Made by a program: the position numbers and the translations under genes
Notes under the pieces: generated by a model
Told to the model about the DNA's origin: nothing
The model's input: only the letters and a program-made list of their open reading frames with translations
The model's database searches: none
Shown here: positions 14,440 to 26,977 of the stretch, piece by piece
How positions within the stretch are numbered: position 1 is the first letter of the stretch
Layout of the letters: each line of letters starts with the position of its first letter
Origin: Eledone cirrhosa
Taxonomy: Eukaryota
Assembly: GCA_964016885.1 (NCBI GenBank)
Contig: OZ024742.1
Location: forward strand, 54,622,001 to 54,686,000
Length of the DNA stretch: 64,000 nucleotides
Direction of reading: 5' to 3'

Positions 14440-15921
14440 AGTAATAATAATAGTAATAATAATAAATTTGAAGACTAAAATCCAAAGAGGGCTCGATAAG
14501 GATAAATATATATCAAATATATAAGAACCGTAGAGCAAATATTTATTAAAATAACAGATTAAAGTTTAAGCAAAGAATCGCTGCTTTCACCCTTAACGGG
14601 ATCTTCTGAAACTAACAAAGTCAATCTGTAAACGCAGAACTGGATATTTCAAAAAACGTTGCAACTGGAGGAAGACTGGAAGACGATACTTTGGTTCGTG
14701 GAAACGTTCGCTGGCCAAGAACGGGAAAAAACGAATATAATACGTCATTAATAGGAGCGGTGAAAAACAATTACGCGCAAAGACAGAACCACGTTTATGG
14801 TATAATAGAGGTCGTAGACTAATGTTCTCTTAGGTGGTGCATAGAGACGTTCTCTGGCGATGAACGAAAAAAACGAAGATAATACGTCATATGTGGAGCG
14901 TGGAGAAGAATAGCACGCAAAGACAAAACCACTTCGGCTTGTAAACATAAATTACCACAAAACTTTCCTGTATTACAGCCCCACGTTATACCCTAACGGA
15001 TAGTACGATCTATACGTGGATATTTTACGTCTCGATGTGGGAGCTAAGTATATGTTTTATTTATACCTTTACTTATTGGCATAGGTAAGTATATATAATC
15101 CGTATGTTTTGTGAAGGTACGTATACCTTCTCGTACGTACATTTGATTGTTATGGCGTATAATTTTTTTATATTTTCTGGTACATATGTTTCGGCTATGT
15201 GTATACGGGAGTTTTGCGTCTGTGTGAGTATGCAGGTTCGTACGTATGTAGGGCGTGTGTATATGTGTACTTCATGTTTTGGCTGACTTACGTCTCCGAA
15301 CATTCGTGTATTTACATGTAGGTATGTGTGTGCGCTTGTTATATACGTATTTATTTATTTACCTATGGTAAGTTTTTGCGTATGCTTGTGTATGTACGTT
15401 TCTGTTTGCGTGTATGTATTTATTTATTTCTATTACTTCTGTATTGTATTTATTTACTTTGTTCTTAACTCCGTAGCGGAGATTCATTCGGTCTCCTAGT
15501 TAGAATTTAGTCTACCACTTCTGCTATACCATTTACGTGGTTTTGTCTTTGCGTGCTATTGTTTTCTACGATGCACATATGACGTATTATCTTCGTTTTT
15601 TTCGTTCATCGCCAGAGAACGTCTCTATGCACCACCTAAGAGAACATTAGTCTACGACCTCTATTATACCATAAACGTGGTTCTGTCTTTGTGCGTAATT
15701 GTTTTTCACCGCTCCTATTAATGACGTATTATATTTTTTTTTCCCGTTCTTAGCCAGCGAACGTTTCCACGAACCAAAGTATCGTCTTCCTGTCTTCCTC
15801 CGGTTGCAACGTTTTTTGAAATATCCAGTTCTGCGTTTACAGATTGACTTTGTTAGTTTCAGAAGATCCCGTTAAGGGTGAAAGCAGCGATTCTTTGCTT
15901 AAAATTTAATCTGTTATTTTA

Positions 15922-15929
<8 letters not shown>
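14440..15929. mobile_element. Foldback family A element: ~390-bp inverted arms (14539-14932 / 15537-15929) with a one-sided extension, flanked by (TA)n; PLE-like
   Basis: The arms are near-exact reverse complements. Partial copies at ~17085-17410, 20250-20380, 52215-52292 and 325-1165. Confidence 0.75.
14563..14613 (-). ncRNA. Hammerhead-like fold with variant core CAGAAGA (mirror copy 15855-15905, plus)
   Basis: agttt-CAGAAGA-t-ccc-gttaa-ggg-t-GAAA-GCA-gcgattctt-TGC-TT-aaact: all three stems pair, with U4 replaced by A. Confidence 0.5.
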
Positions 15930-15980
<51 letters not shown>

Positions 15981-16008
15981 TTTATATATGTGCGTGTGTG
16001 TGTATATG

Positions 16009-16083
<75 letters not shown>

Positions 16084-16774
16084 TTGTATGTCAGTATATA
16101 TGTAATTATGTACATACATATTTGTATGAGTTTGGGTTTGCGTAAGCCACGCGAAATATATTTGTGCATATATGTGTAAATGTTTTCTCAACGAAACTAG
16201 ATGTCTTTAGATTCAAAAACTCGGGAAACATGTGCGTATGTTTACTTATATGATATGATCAATTACACTGCGAGACTATAGTCGATTCTCTAACGTAAAC
16301 TTTGATCAAATGTTAGCGAATCGTGTCGGAGTTACGGTGACAGCTTGCTAAATACTGGTCAATATATTTTATTGACAATTTATATATTTGTTATTAATAT
16401 AAATATTGCTATATTATATTTCATTACACAAACGAGTCGATATACTATTTTTACACACCCTAGATTAGTCAGAAAAGGTTATGAACAATTTCCTATGAAT
16501 AGACATGGAATGAAGTGTATGTATGTATATATATATATATATACACGCACACTCATATATATATGTTGACAATCTTTTAATAATGTCTTCCTTGTCAAAT
16601 TTGTGGTCTTGTTTTGCTTAACTAATGAATATTTCCAGCGACCTAGCTGCCTTCCACTGCATATTGCACACTGAGCACATGCCTTTACGCTTTGGCTTCT
16701 AACTAATTCACCAATCACTCTTCGCCTCTCCTATGTCCATCTCTCTCTTTAAGATTGGTCACTCTTGAACTGTG

Positions 16775-16805
<31 letters not shown>

Positions 16806-16825
16806 TGTTATACTTTAGGAGGGTC

Positions 16826-16901
<76 letters not shown>

Positions 16902-17579
16902 ACGTGTGTGCGTGTGTGTGTATGTGAATTCATATCGCTTAATTAGTGGCGCAAAAATGAATGACCGATACTATTAGTTCCACATTCAAATAATAATTTT
17001 GCGGCAATGATCAGCTTAAACATTTGCTTTAAGCGTCCATCGGTACAAAGAATAATACATTCTAGCAGAATGGGCCGGCGCTGCTCGGGATTTGCTCTAG
17101 GGTTCTTATATATTTAATATATATTTAACCTTATCGAGCCTCGTGAAATAAATACGTTTGTTTATACTTTTTCATTGTGCATGCAAAAATATCTGGACAC
17201 GAATATATAATTATATATATATATATATTAAAATAACAGTTTAAAGTTCAAGCAAAGAATCGCTGCTTTCACCCTTAACGGGATTCTCTGAAACTAAAAT
17301 TTAAAAAATCAATCTGTAAACGCAGATGTAAATATTTCGAAAAACGCTGCAACCGAAGGAAAACAGGAAGACGATACTTTGGTTCGTGAAGATGTTCCCT
17401 GGCATAAGAATATATATATATATATACACACACTATATATATACATATGTACACACTGATCGCGTCATAATGACGTGATTCAGACAGTCAGGCATACAGA
17501 CAGATATTATAAAGGCGCGACGTCATAACTATGTATCTATCTGAAAAGAGAAAGACTAAGAGAGAGATAAAGAGATCGC

Positions 17580-17758
17580 TAAATCGCCCACTGCGGTCCG
17601 AAGGGCATTGAAAATTTGAAATTTTTGGGGCTCAGAACAACCAATAGGACCATAAGTATTACATGTGTAAAGTTTGAAAACAATCGGTTGGGTGGTTCTC
17701 GTGTTTTAGTGATTGTACAGACAGACAAACAGACATCCTCTGATTTAGTAATATAGAT
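17580..17758 (+). mobile_element. Possible Helentron-associated non-autonomous (HINE/DINE-1-like) fragment
   Basis: aagtttgaaaacaatcgg...acagacagacaaacagac...tttagtaatatagat architecture is typical of such elements (from memory). Confidence 0.35.
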
Positions 17759-18029
17759 AAGCATCGCCTTGTTTATTTGTTGATAAGAACCTCTGTTCAC
17801 ATTCATAGTTTGTCTTTATCTGTAGTAAATGTCAGAGTCGTTAAAACGACGGAAAGTATTTTTTGTTGTATTGAGTCCAGAGGCCTGCGCTCTGAATTCA
17901 ATTTCTACCAAGCTGAACTCAGCATTTCATCTAGATGGGGCTGGCATTTTGAATTAGAAGTACATTTAATTCACGCTGCTTACAGCAACAATTATAACAA
18001 CAGAACACTTAATGCCAAATAACAAAAAG

Positions 18030-18390
18030 AATTGTTTCTACTTTTGGCACTAGGCCAACAATTTGTCAGTATGTTACTGGTACTTTCTTTTATCGACCCC
18101 GTAAGGATGAAAGGCAAAGTTAACCTCGGCAGGATTTGAACGCAGTCCGTAAAGGGACGTAACTATGCTGCAAAGCATAGCGTCCGACCCTCTACCGATA
18201 CTGCCAAAAACAAATACTTATTTGTAACCAAAGCAAAACAGCCACTTCGAGCAGGGGTAAAGTGGATTAAATCGACACCAGTACTTGACTGTTTCTTTAT
18301 TGTATCGACCCAAAAGTAAGTAAATAGCCGTAAATAAATACTGCAATGAGTTTTGTCAGACGCTGTAAGACACTAGTAATTTACCATTCC
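18030..18390 (-). mobile_element. Two tandem SINE copies
   Basis: Match to the 5212-5431 SINE (tatcgaccccgtaaggatgaaaggcaaagttaacctcggc...taccgatactgccaa). Confidence 0.75.
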
Positions 18391-19729
18391 TGCAATAATA
18401 AGGATACTGATAACCATATAATTAAAAGTATAAATTACAATCATAGGAATGGCTAGAAACAATCAAAACACCTATTAATTACAATTCACCACTTTATTGA
18501 TTTACAGATGATCATGAACCTAATGACTTTAACAAAATGTATTAAACACCATTCCTTTCCCCTTCGAAAAATAACCCATAATCCACTCCCACTATTAAGT
18601 GAATAAACAACACTCCCAGAAATCAGACACATAAACTCACTAATTGTTCATTGATTTATTCATTTAATTATTCAATCAATTTTTTTCGCTTGATTCAAGA
18701 ATAATTATGTTTCCTATCCATATATGTATTTACATTTATTTATATTACATTTATTATATACATTTATTATATACATTTATTCATATTATGCCAAGTTGTG
18801 ACATTATCAGCTTCTGATGTTTGATAGAATTATACATGATCTGATTGTAATGGTTTCAGCAGTGTTTTCTAAACATTCTTGGTAAAACACACACCGAGAA
18901 AGATTTTAGTCTACATTGATGACCTTCGGATCTTAAAGAATGGGAGGCATCCTGGCATCAATAATATATTGGGGCATCCGTACGTATTAAACTCAAATAT
19001 TTAAAAGATATACAATTTATCTGGGAAGCGTTGGGAGTTTAACATATAACATTTTAAAATATAGTCGCACTTATGCACATAATTCAGAAAATAATGGATA
19101 ATTATAAAGAAAATAAAAAAAATACCTACTGGAGGAAGAAAAAAATGTCAGGAATTTGTATGAAACAGAAAGTTTTGATTACTGGAAGCTGACATGAACA
19201 GAGTAAACTTCATAGCAACACTCAGTCAAAAGTTTGGGAACATTTATGGATTGTTATGTAAACCAGGATGATAGGAATTCAAGACAAATATTTCACATCA
19301 ATTTAATCCAACTCTTCTGTAATCACCAAATTTGAAAATGTCATGCAGTATATGTAACACAATCATTGTGGAGCCACGTGGCTTTTTAGGTACTCTGATC
19401 ACGAACACAAAGTGTGTTATGGCCTTGGGTAAATCATTTTATTAAACGTTGCTCCCTTCCACTCAGCTAGAAAATATGACTTGTACCTGTTTTGAAAAGC
19501 CCTACCATATTCCACAACGTACCACGCTGTATCTTCATAAAAGCCACGTTAACGGAAGAGCTTACTGTAGAATGCTCAGCCACTTGCACATTAAGGTCAC
19601 AAGTAGTCTGATCCATTGATTTATTGGGAATTGGGAAACGTCTGAGACCTAACATAAGACATGGAAAGAAAATCCAAAGAACAATTAGAAATAACTGACA
19701 TGTCGAGCGAACCAGGATACTAAGTAAAT

Positions 19730-20115
19730 GATCGGAGGCCATGTTCAATTGATTCAAGTTTATTCAAAAGTCCGTTATACATATTTCCCTGAGGACTATC
19801 AATTATGATAGCCTGAGCTCTTCAGACGCCAAAACCTAAAATAAACATAAATAAATATAATTAAACATATAGGTTACTTAGGAACTTTTGATATTTAATT
19901 TAGGCGTTACCGTCTGAAGAGCGCAGGCTCTCATAATTGATAGTCCTCAGTGAAATATGTATAACGGAGTTTTAAATAAACCTGAATCAACTGAACATGG
20001 TCTCCGATCTTTTATTGATATATAATTTATACAGATCGTTGAGTGTTTCTTTTTATTTGCTTCACAACCGACAGATCATGGCGTGATGCGCACATCCCTG
20101 TTCTGTTAACCCGTT
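19730..20115. mobile_element. Foldback family B (arms ~19730-19850 / 19890-20009 plus tail), with a hammerhead in each arm
   Basis: The inverted repeat is directly visible. A related partial copy lies at ~57210-57425. Confidence 0.7.
19910..19967 (+). ncRNA. Type I hammerhead motif (mirror copy 19773-19828, minus)
   Basis: ccgt-CTGAAGA-[stem II; ctatca-taat-tgatag in the mirror copy]-GAAA-T-atgt-A-TA-acgg: canonical core with stem I ccgt/acgg. Confidence 0.65.
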
Positions 20116-20191
20116 ATGGTCTTTCTCTCGCCCTTCTCTCTCTCCCTCCCGCCCACTCTCGGTCTCTCCCCCCTCTCTCCCTCCCCCCCCC

Positions 20192-20252
<61 letters not shown>

Positions 20253-20581
20253 GTAATAATAATAAATGCTAAGACTAAAATCCAAAGAGGGCTCGATAAG
20301 GATAAATATGAGTTTCAGAATATCCCGTTAAGGGTGAAAGTAGCGAAAATTGGTAAAACTTTAATCTGTTATTTTAATATATATATGTATATATATATAT
20401 ATATATATATAGGAAAAGAGTTAGGACCCCGACGGCTGAGCTTCGGTAACATATATATGTTTCAGCTGCTTTGAGGCAGCAACACCAAACATCAGCCCGG
20501 GGCATATCAATGAATGAAACAACAGAAGTAAGTTATATTTTTTCTTTATGTTTTTCTGGGTTTTTTTTCTGTTAAATTCTA

Positions 20582-20640
20582 GTTGCCTGATGAGGTCATA
20601 ATTGTTGCATAGCGGCTATCATTGAAATATATATAGCAGT
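20582..20640 (+). ncRNA. Type I hammerhead motif
   Basis: gttgc-CTGATGA-[irregular stem II]-GAAA-T-atat-A-TA-gcagt, with a palindromic stem III loop. Confidence 0.55.
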
Positions 20641-21183
20641 GATTATGAATAAACGAAGTGAATTATACCTCGACTCGTTGACTTATAATTATACTCCGTA
20701 GTAAACAGTCTCACTTGTGTACTTCATCAAGCGCTCTACCTTGCATACAAAAGTGTCGGTGATAAACTAACATGTACTCTAATTCATATTATGTTTTTTA
20801 TTTTATCTAATTCTACTTAATGTAGAGAAAAAAATTGTGTATCATGCTGCTATTTCTAGCAGCATGAAATACCAGCATGAAATATCAGCATGAAATATCA
20901 GCGAGTCTGTATTTCCCGCTATTTCTAACGGTCCAATAAGTGTGTGGGTCATTTTAACGGCTTGATTTATTCACTGGGCAGAGGGTGATATATCTACATC
21001 TATACGGACTTATGTCTAGTAGATTTGGAAAAGCTATCTGAAGAGCTATATCTTTCCATTGGAAATTCTCTGAATTTCCAATCATTTGATAAGCGAAATC
21101 GTACGGTCATAGCACTAGAAGAGGTAAATATTTTAATCGTATTTTAATTTATTTAAAAGATTGTTTAATGTTTACTTGTTCCG

Positions 21184-21246
<63 letters not shown>

Positions 21247-21895
21247 GTATGTATGTATGTATGCATGTGTCTGTGTCCGTGAGTAGTGGTAACATATGTC
21301 TATTAGAATAATCAGTATTATAAAATCTTGAAGCTGCGTTATCCGAGAAATTCATATTAATGAAACCAAATTAGAACAAATGATACTGTTCCAGGATTTG
21401 AAATCATCTTCCGACTAGGGTTTCGCTTCAGATTGTTACAATTAACACATTTCAGTAACTTCTTTAAATTTTATAATAAAAAAATTAAATCATTTTTATT
21501 ATTTGAGAATTCTCCTATAAATTTAATTCCAACAACATGGTTACAATAAATATTTAAGTAGCATTTGTTTAATCCTTCTAGCTTAAATATACGCCACTTG
21601 AGGAAATAGAAGTGAGTAAGAATATTTACAAAAGGAAACCGTAATAAAGACGTATATAATGGATTATATATTAAATTTGCCTACAGCAAATTCAATATTT
21701 TGTTGTTCCATTTAGGAAAAAGGTTTAATTTCCGTTACGTGTTCACTGTATTTTTATGAATACATGATTATATATATATATATGAAAATATAAATATAAT
21801 TATATATAAATAATTATATATATATGTATAATTCTATACAAATAATTTTATATATACTGTATATATATATACATACACACTCATGCGCATATATG

Positions 21896-21945
<50 letters not shown>

Positions 21946-24614
21946 ATAAATATATATATATATAATGATTATTCTTGCTTTGCAAAGATCCAAAAGGACT
22001 ATAAATGGGGACTTTCAAAATGGCCAACTTCATGCTAATACTTTTAAAGTTCTTTGCACATTTACGGGCTTGTGCCAAAATATATCGTTTTATAATCGCA
22101 TTCCATAATCTTTATATAATCACTAATTAAGAAGACATGTTGAAAGTTTTTTATACAAATGCCTATACATAGATAATTACAAACACACACACACACACAC
22201 AGACACATACACACACATACACACACACATATATATATATGTAAATACACATACACGCATACATAATATTTTTCATTACCTTTTTTTAGATGATAATTGT
22301 ATGATTGTGTAAGTGAATGTATATGATGAATTTAATGTAATTATAAATAGAATTATAATCATCGCTGGCGATGTTTCACGGGTAGTTGCACTTTTATTCG
22401 TAAATAAGTAAAACTATCTTGCTGCTCACATTGACAGATATTGTTCAGAAACCATTTATAACAATTATGAGCCAAACAACCTAAATCTTATGCCACACGA
22501 CTCCATGATACATACATATGTAATTTGACATTATGATATACATTTATATGCCTCTTTTCCAAAGTACATGATGTTTCCTAAAGCACTAACCTATATTTTC
22601 TGTGTATTGTCATGATGTTAAACATGTCTTCATATTTTGATCTCTGCCTATATCCAATCGTTGAGGGAGAATTCTATATATTAAAAGCTGAATACTTATT
22701 AAAATTAAGTGCATAACTTACAAACTCTACATATATTTCAATGAATGAATGAATGTGTAGAATATATATTGAGCTTTTACAAAGTTCACATTTTCGGGCA
22801 TATAATTTATTTTAATGTTCAAATATGAAAATTGTGAATCTCAGGAGCACAACCTACATGCAAACACTGTTATATATTACCATGTATAAGCAACTCATGT
22901 TCACATGCAAACAATATATGTTTTAGTTTTCGCGTACTCATTATATGCAATTTATGAATTATTAAGTTTATTATCGTCTGCCAATATTCATTTGATTTAA
23001 ATCTGTTGATATGTTATTTCATTCTAATATTTCCTGTTGTTCTCAATTACGACTCAAATTGTCAACGCTATGAAACGAAAGAATCCTGACATTTTCTAAA
23101 GATGTTATACATGATTCGGAGTACAATTATGAAAATTTACGTATTTTGTGTAGCATACAATATATCAGAATAAACTAGAAGTTCGCGTGGTTGCTGGTCA
23201 ACAGTAATATTTAATATTCTTATTTCATCTCGGGATGTCGGATAGAATTCTTCCCAGTACCCATTCCTGCTCTCTGTGAGTTAAAATAATCTTGTCCTTC
23301 ATTCATTGGTCTATAAATGAAATATTAGTTCAGTACTTGGATCAATTCTTTTTCTGTATTACTTTCTCATTATTCAAAAAGGATGAGTTTCATCTGATTT
23401 AAATGTTCATGTCATGCCATATACTAGGCCATTGCAGCTTCAAACAAACTTATCCACTAGGTGTCAAGTATCAATGGGATGAGTGGAATATTACATCACA
23501 GAATAACACTGACATTATATTACAATTTCAATATCAGCAATATCTAGTGTTTGTGCTTAATAGCCCTATTACCAAATAAAAGCGCTTTATAATGTTTCGC
23601 CATTTTCAGGTTAATCCTATTTTGTGGCTTAAGTGCCAGTATAATAATAGAATTTATTTGAAACAGTGGTTAATTATTTCTTCTTATTCACACGATTCAT
23701 ACGGTTTGAAGAGTTTAATGGCGAATACATAACTGCGGCTCCAATATCTAATCTGGAATGAATGTGCACATTATATTAAGACAGCGTATGTGCTTCTCAT
23801 GATTGCAATATCACACCAAAGCGATCGTACAATCTCCTTAATATCTCATTCCCCAAAACTACCAAATTTTACACAACATTTACCTTTATTATCGTTACGG
23901 TTTGAAATCGAAACCTAAAATGGCATAACGAACAACCGCAGATTTACAAGATGATAAAGCTTTCTCCTGATTCTATGAATCATAGAAGTCAGGTTATATA
24001 TAATATACAGTTGCCCTTAAACGGAAGGCTAGGTTAAAAAAAAAACTGCAACAATTACACACACTCTAACATATACACACCCTAATATACACATATATAG
24101 ATATCCTATGAGCAATATGTTACTCACTGCAATAGCCAAAACAACCATATCCGTTCATTGCTTTATTTCACTCTTCGAAAATACACTTTTCACGAAAAAT
24201 CGATTCCGTTTACTTCAACATATACATTCGTATTTAGGACAGGAATATATTAACAAACAGATGCTATTGATTTATATCAATGAATGCACGGACATATATT
24301 TTTCCCATGCGGAAAGACAGCGGGGATGTGTTGACTAGACACCAATCGGCAACACTAATTTCTAATTAGTTCATAGTTTCTGCATTTTTTGCGTTGTTTG
24401 AAACGGAAAAAAAAGTGATAGGTAATGGCAGGAAATCTAATTTAAATTTGTATGTAAATTCTGGAAAATTGTTTCAGTAAGAAAATATATAAAACATTGC
24501 TGTTTTATGTCTTTACTATCGTGTAAGTCATCGTCGTCATCATTACCATCATAAACAACAATAAGAACCTCATTATCCTTTCCACCTTGACTTTCTTTCC
24601 ATCTTCACCTTCTT

Positions 24615-24658
<44 letters not shown>

Positions 24659-25439
24659 ACGTCACCCCCCACTACCACCACCACTACTAATACTAGTATT
24701 GATGATGATGGTGGTGATAATGACGACAGAAATATCGATGCCGACAATTTTCGATGTCTTACCGATTATTTTCCAGTCGAATGTTGTTTTTTCTTATTTG
24801 GAATTGGTAAACAAAATGTGGCATTCGGCACAAACAAAGTTTGTTTTGTAGTAAATTAAATGAGAGGGGGAGGGGGGGTTATTTGATATTCTCTGTTTTG
24901 CTTTTGTGTACAGTGCCAACAACAACATTTTGACTATTTTGTTTGATCAACAAATCACACATGAAAATATTGATATAATGAAAATAAAGGAGGCTCTATT
25001 AGCGATAACAAAACTATGCGTTCACACACATACACTCTTCAATGAGTGAAAACATTTTTCTTTTGGATAGTCACAGTGCTTCGTTTACGAATGTTGATAG
25101 TCATACACACATACTGAATATGAATTTAATTACCAATTATTGTGAAAGTGCTCTTTGGGCTAAGATGGTATTCTGTTTCTTAATATGTCATGTAGGAGGA
25201 AGTCTAAGTCTAAAGTCTGTCTGAAACCTGGTGGCTCAAAATGGTCGGTGTTTATTCCGGTTTCCTTGGCGTTCACGACTAAGAGTACAATATCCCCGTC
25301 TGAACTGGATGACAGTGTTCATTTTCACCTAAGTATACTGGAGCAAGGTGAAATGAAATGGTTTGCTATAGGATGAAATAGGAAAATATATTCAACAATA
25401 TATAATGTATAGGTCGACTGAAATTATATAGTTCTGTAC

Positions 25440-25740
25440 GCATTGCATTCATGAATGAGGATGTGAACAGTGAGACGGTCGACGGGTTGAGATATAATCT
25501 TGAGCATATGTTTGTGCCAGAGAAATTTGGTCAATAAATAACTGTGATGTATGCTTGTAACAAATTCGATTTGAGGCTTAACCTAATGGCATTTCGAGAT
25601 GTTTTGGGGGCTCAAATTACAAAGAATGGCCCTTGGCGCGCTAATGGACAACGTAGTTTTAAACTATCCGAAGAAGAGACGAGCATTTGTAACCTGCGAT
25701 TATTAGGGGGCACGGGGGTAAGTAAATGGGCGATCGCATT
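25440..25740 (+). pseudogene. Possible degenerate Tc1/mariner transposase fragment
   Basis: Fragmentary TVDGLRY..L, MAFRDVLGAQITKNGPW and CNL.LLG resemble the DDE-region C-terminus; heavily mutated. Confidence 0.3.
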
Positions 25741-26164
25741 TTCAATGCACATGATTTGACAGAATATCCCAGAGGTTTTGGGGATGTATCTTTACTGGAA
25801 TTATCCTAGTGTATCATCCCGTATCGGTGGTGAACTAATTCTTATTAAATTTTATGAACTTTATTTATCGTATAATGGATATTTATTGTCATTTGTTTAC
25901 AGTTATACCCATTGTCTCCCCGAACAGCTGCTCTCTGCTCGTTAAAGTACACAAACACAAATTCTGTATTATGTTGTTACTTTATTGTTTCCAAATACTT
26001 CAGCACGTGTGGCCAGTAAAAAATTCCTTATTTCAGTCTGATAAATATTACTAATATTTTACCATAATAATTTTACTATTATTATTTTAACTTTCAATAT
26101 TATTGCTAAATACTAAAATTAGTAGTTGACAACAATTTTCATTGTTAGCATTATTATAAACTAA

Positions 26165-26670
26165 GCTCGAGATGAGCGCAGTGTGACTAAACCGTTCTGC
26201 ACGCACTCGTCCAGTGTCCCTGTATTACTGATTTGTAGATTCATGTCGCACAGCTGTTGACGCATGTACGACTGGTCCAGATATCGACAGAGTCTATAGT
26301 GAATATCGCCCCGCCGCCTTCTTTTGGTGAGGAGAGTCATGCAGTTTTCCTCTGTCTTTGAAAAAATTTGAGGGTTGAGAAAGAACGGGTTCCTCCAGCA
26401 CATTGCTAAAAGGTGGGTGAATATTGCAAGAATGTCCTATGTAGGCATGCGGCTGTAGGCTAGTTGATTTAGAGAGGAGAAGGGCACTATCCACTTCAAC
26501 CCTCGGATGATTTAGGATTTGTGGGGATCCTAAGTCACCCATCGGTGGTCTACCCCCTTGTAGGGAATTTTTATTGATGTAATTATGTTATTCATTGTTA
26601 TTTGTTCGTTAATTTTTTCCTCCTCGATTTCAGTAAAAACTCCCCACTGTCCCGGCCCATGAGTGAATTA
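26165..26670 (+). mobile_element. 3' fragment of a Tx1-clade LINE, degenerate, tail-to-tail with the full-length copy
   Basis: Translates as AQCD*TVLHALVQCPCITDL*IHVAQLL...ESIVNIAPPPSF, matching the ORF2 C-terminus of 26978-30397. Confidence 0.85.
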
Positions 26671-26671
26671 A

Positions 26672-26718
<47 letters not shown>

Positions 26719-26977
26719 TTTCTTTATTAACCACAAGGGTTTACATAAAGTAGACATTAAGGACAGTGCAGGACAATGCAGGACGGTACAAATGGGCATT
26801 TCTGCGTGTAAAAAACAAAAACAGAGGATGTAACAAAAATAACAATGAAAATAACAATGAAAAATTCCCCAATAGGGGGGAGACTTCGGAGGGACATTTG
26901 TGGTGAAAGCCCAGTAAAAAGCCACAATGACCCTGACCACCAAGGCAAGTGCCCTCTCGCAGTTTTCCACCTTTAAT

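Noticed and set aside
20860-20902. Short tandem cagcatgaaata(c/t) units
   Set aside because: A 13-bp minisatellite without unique spacers; not CRISPR-like, and the context is eukaryotic.
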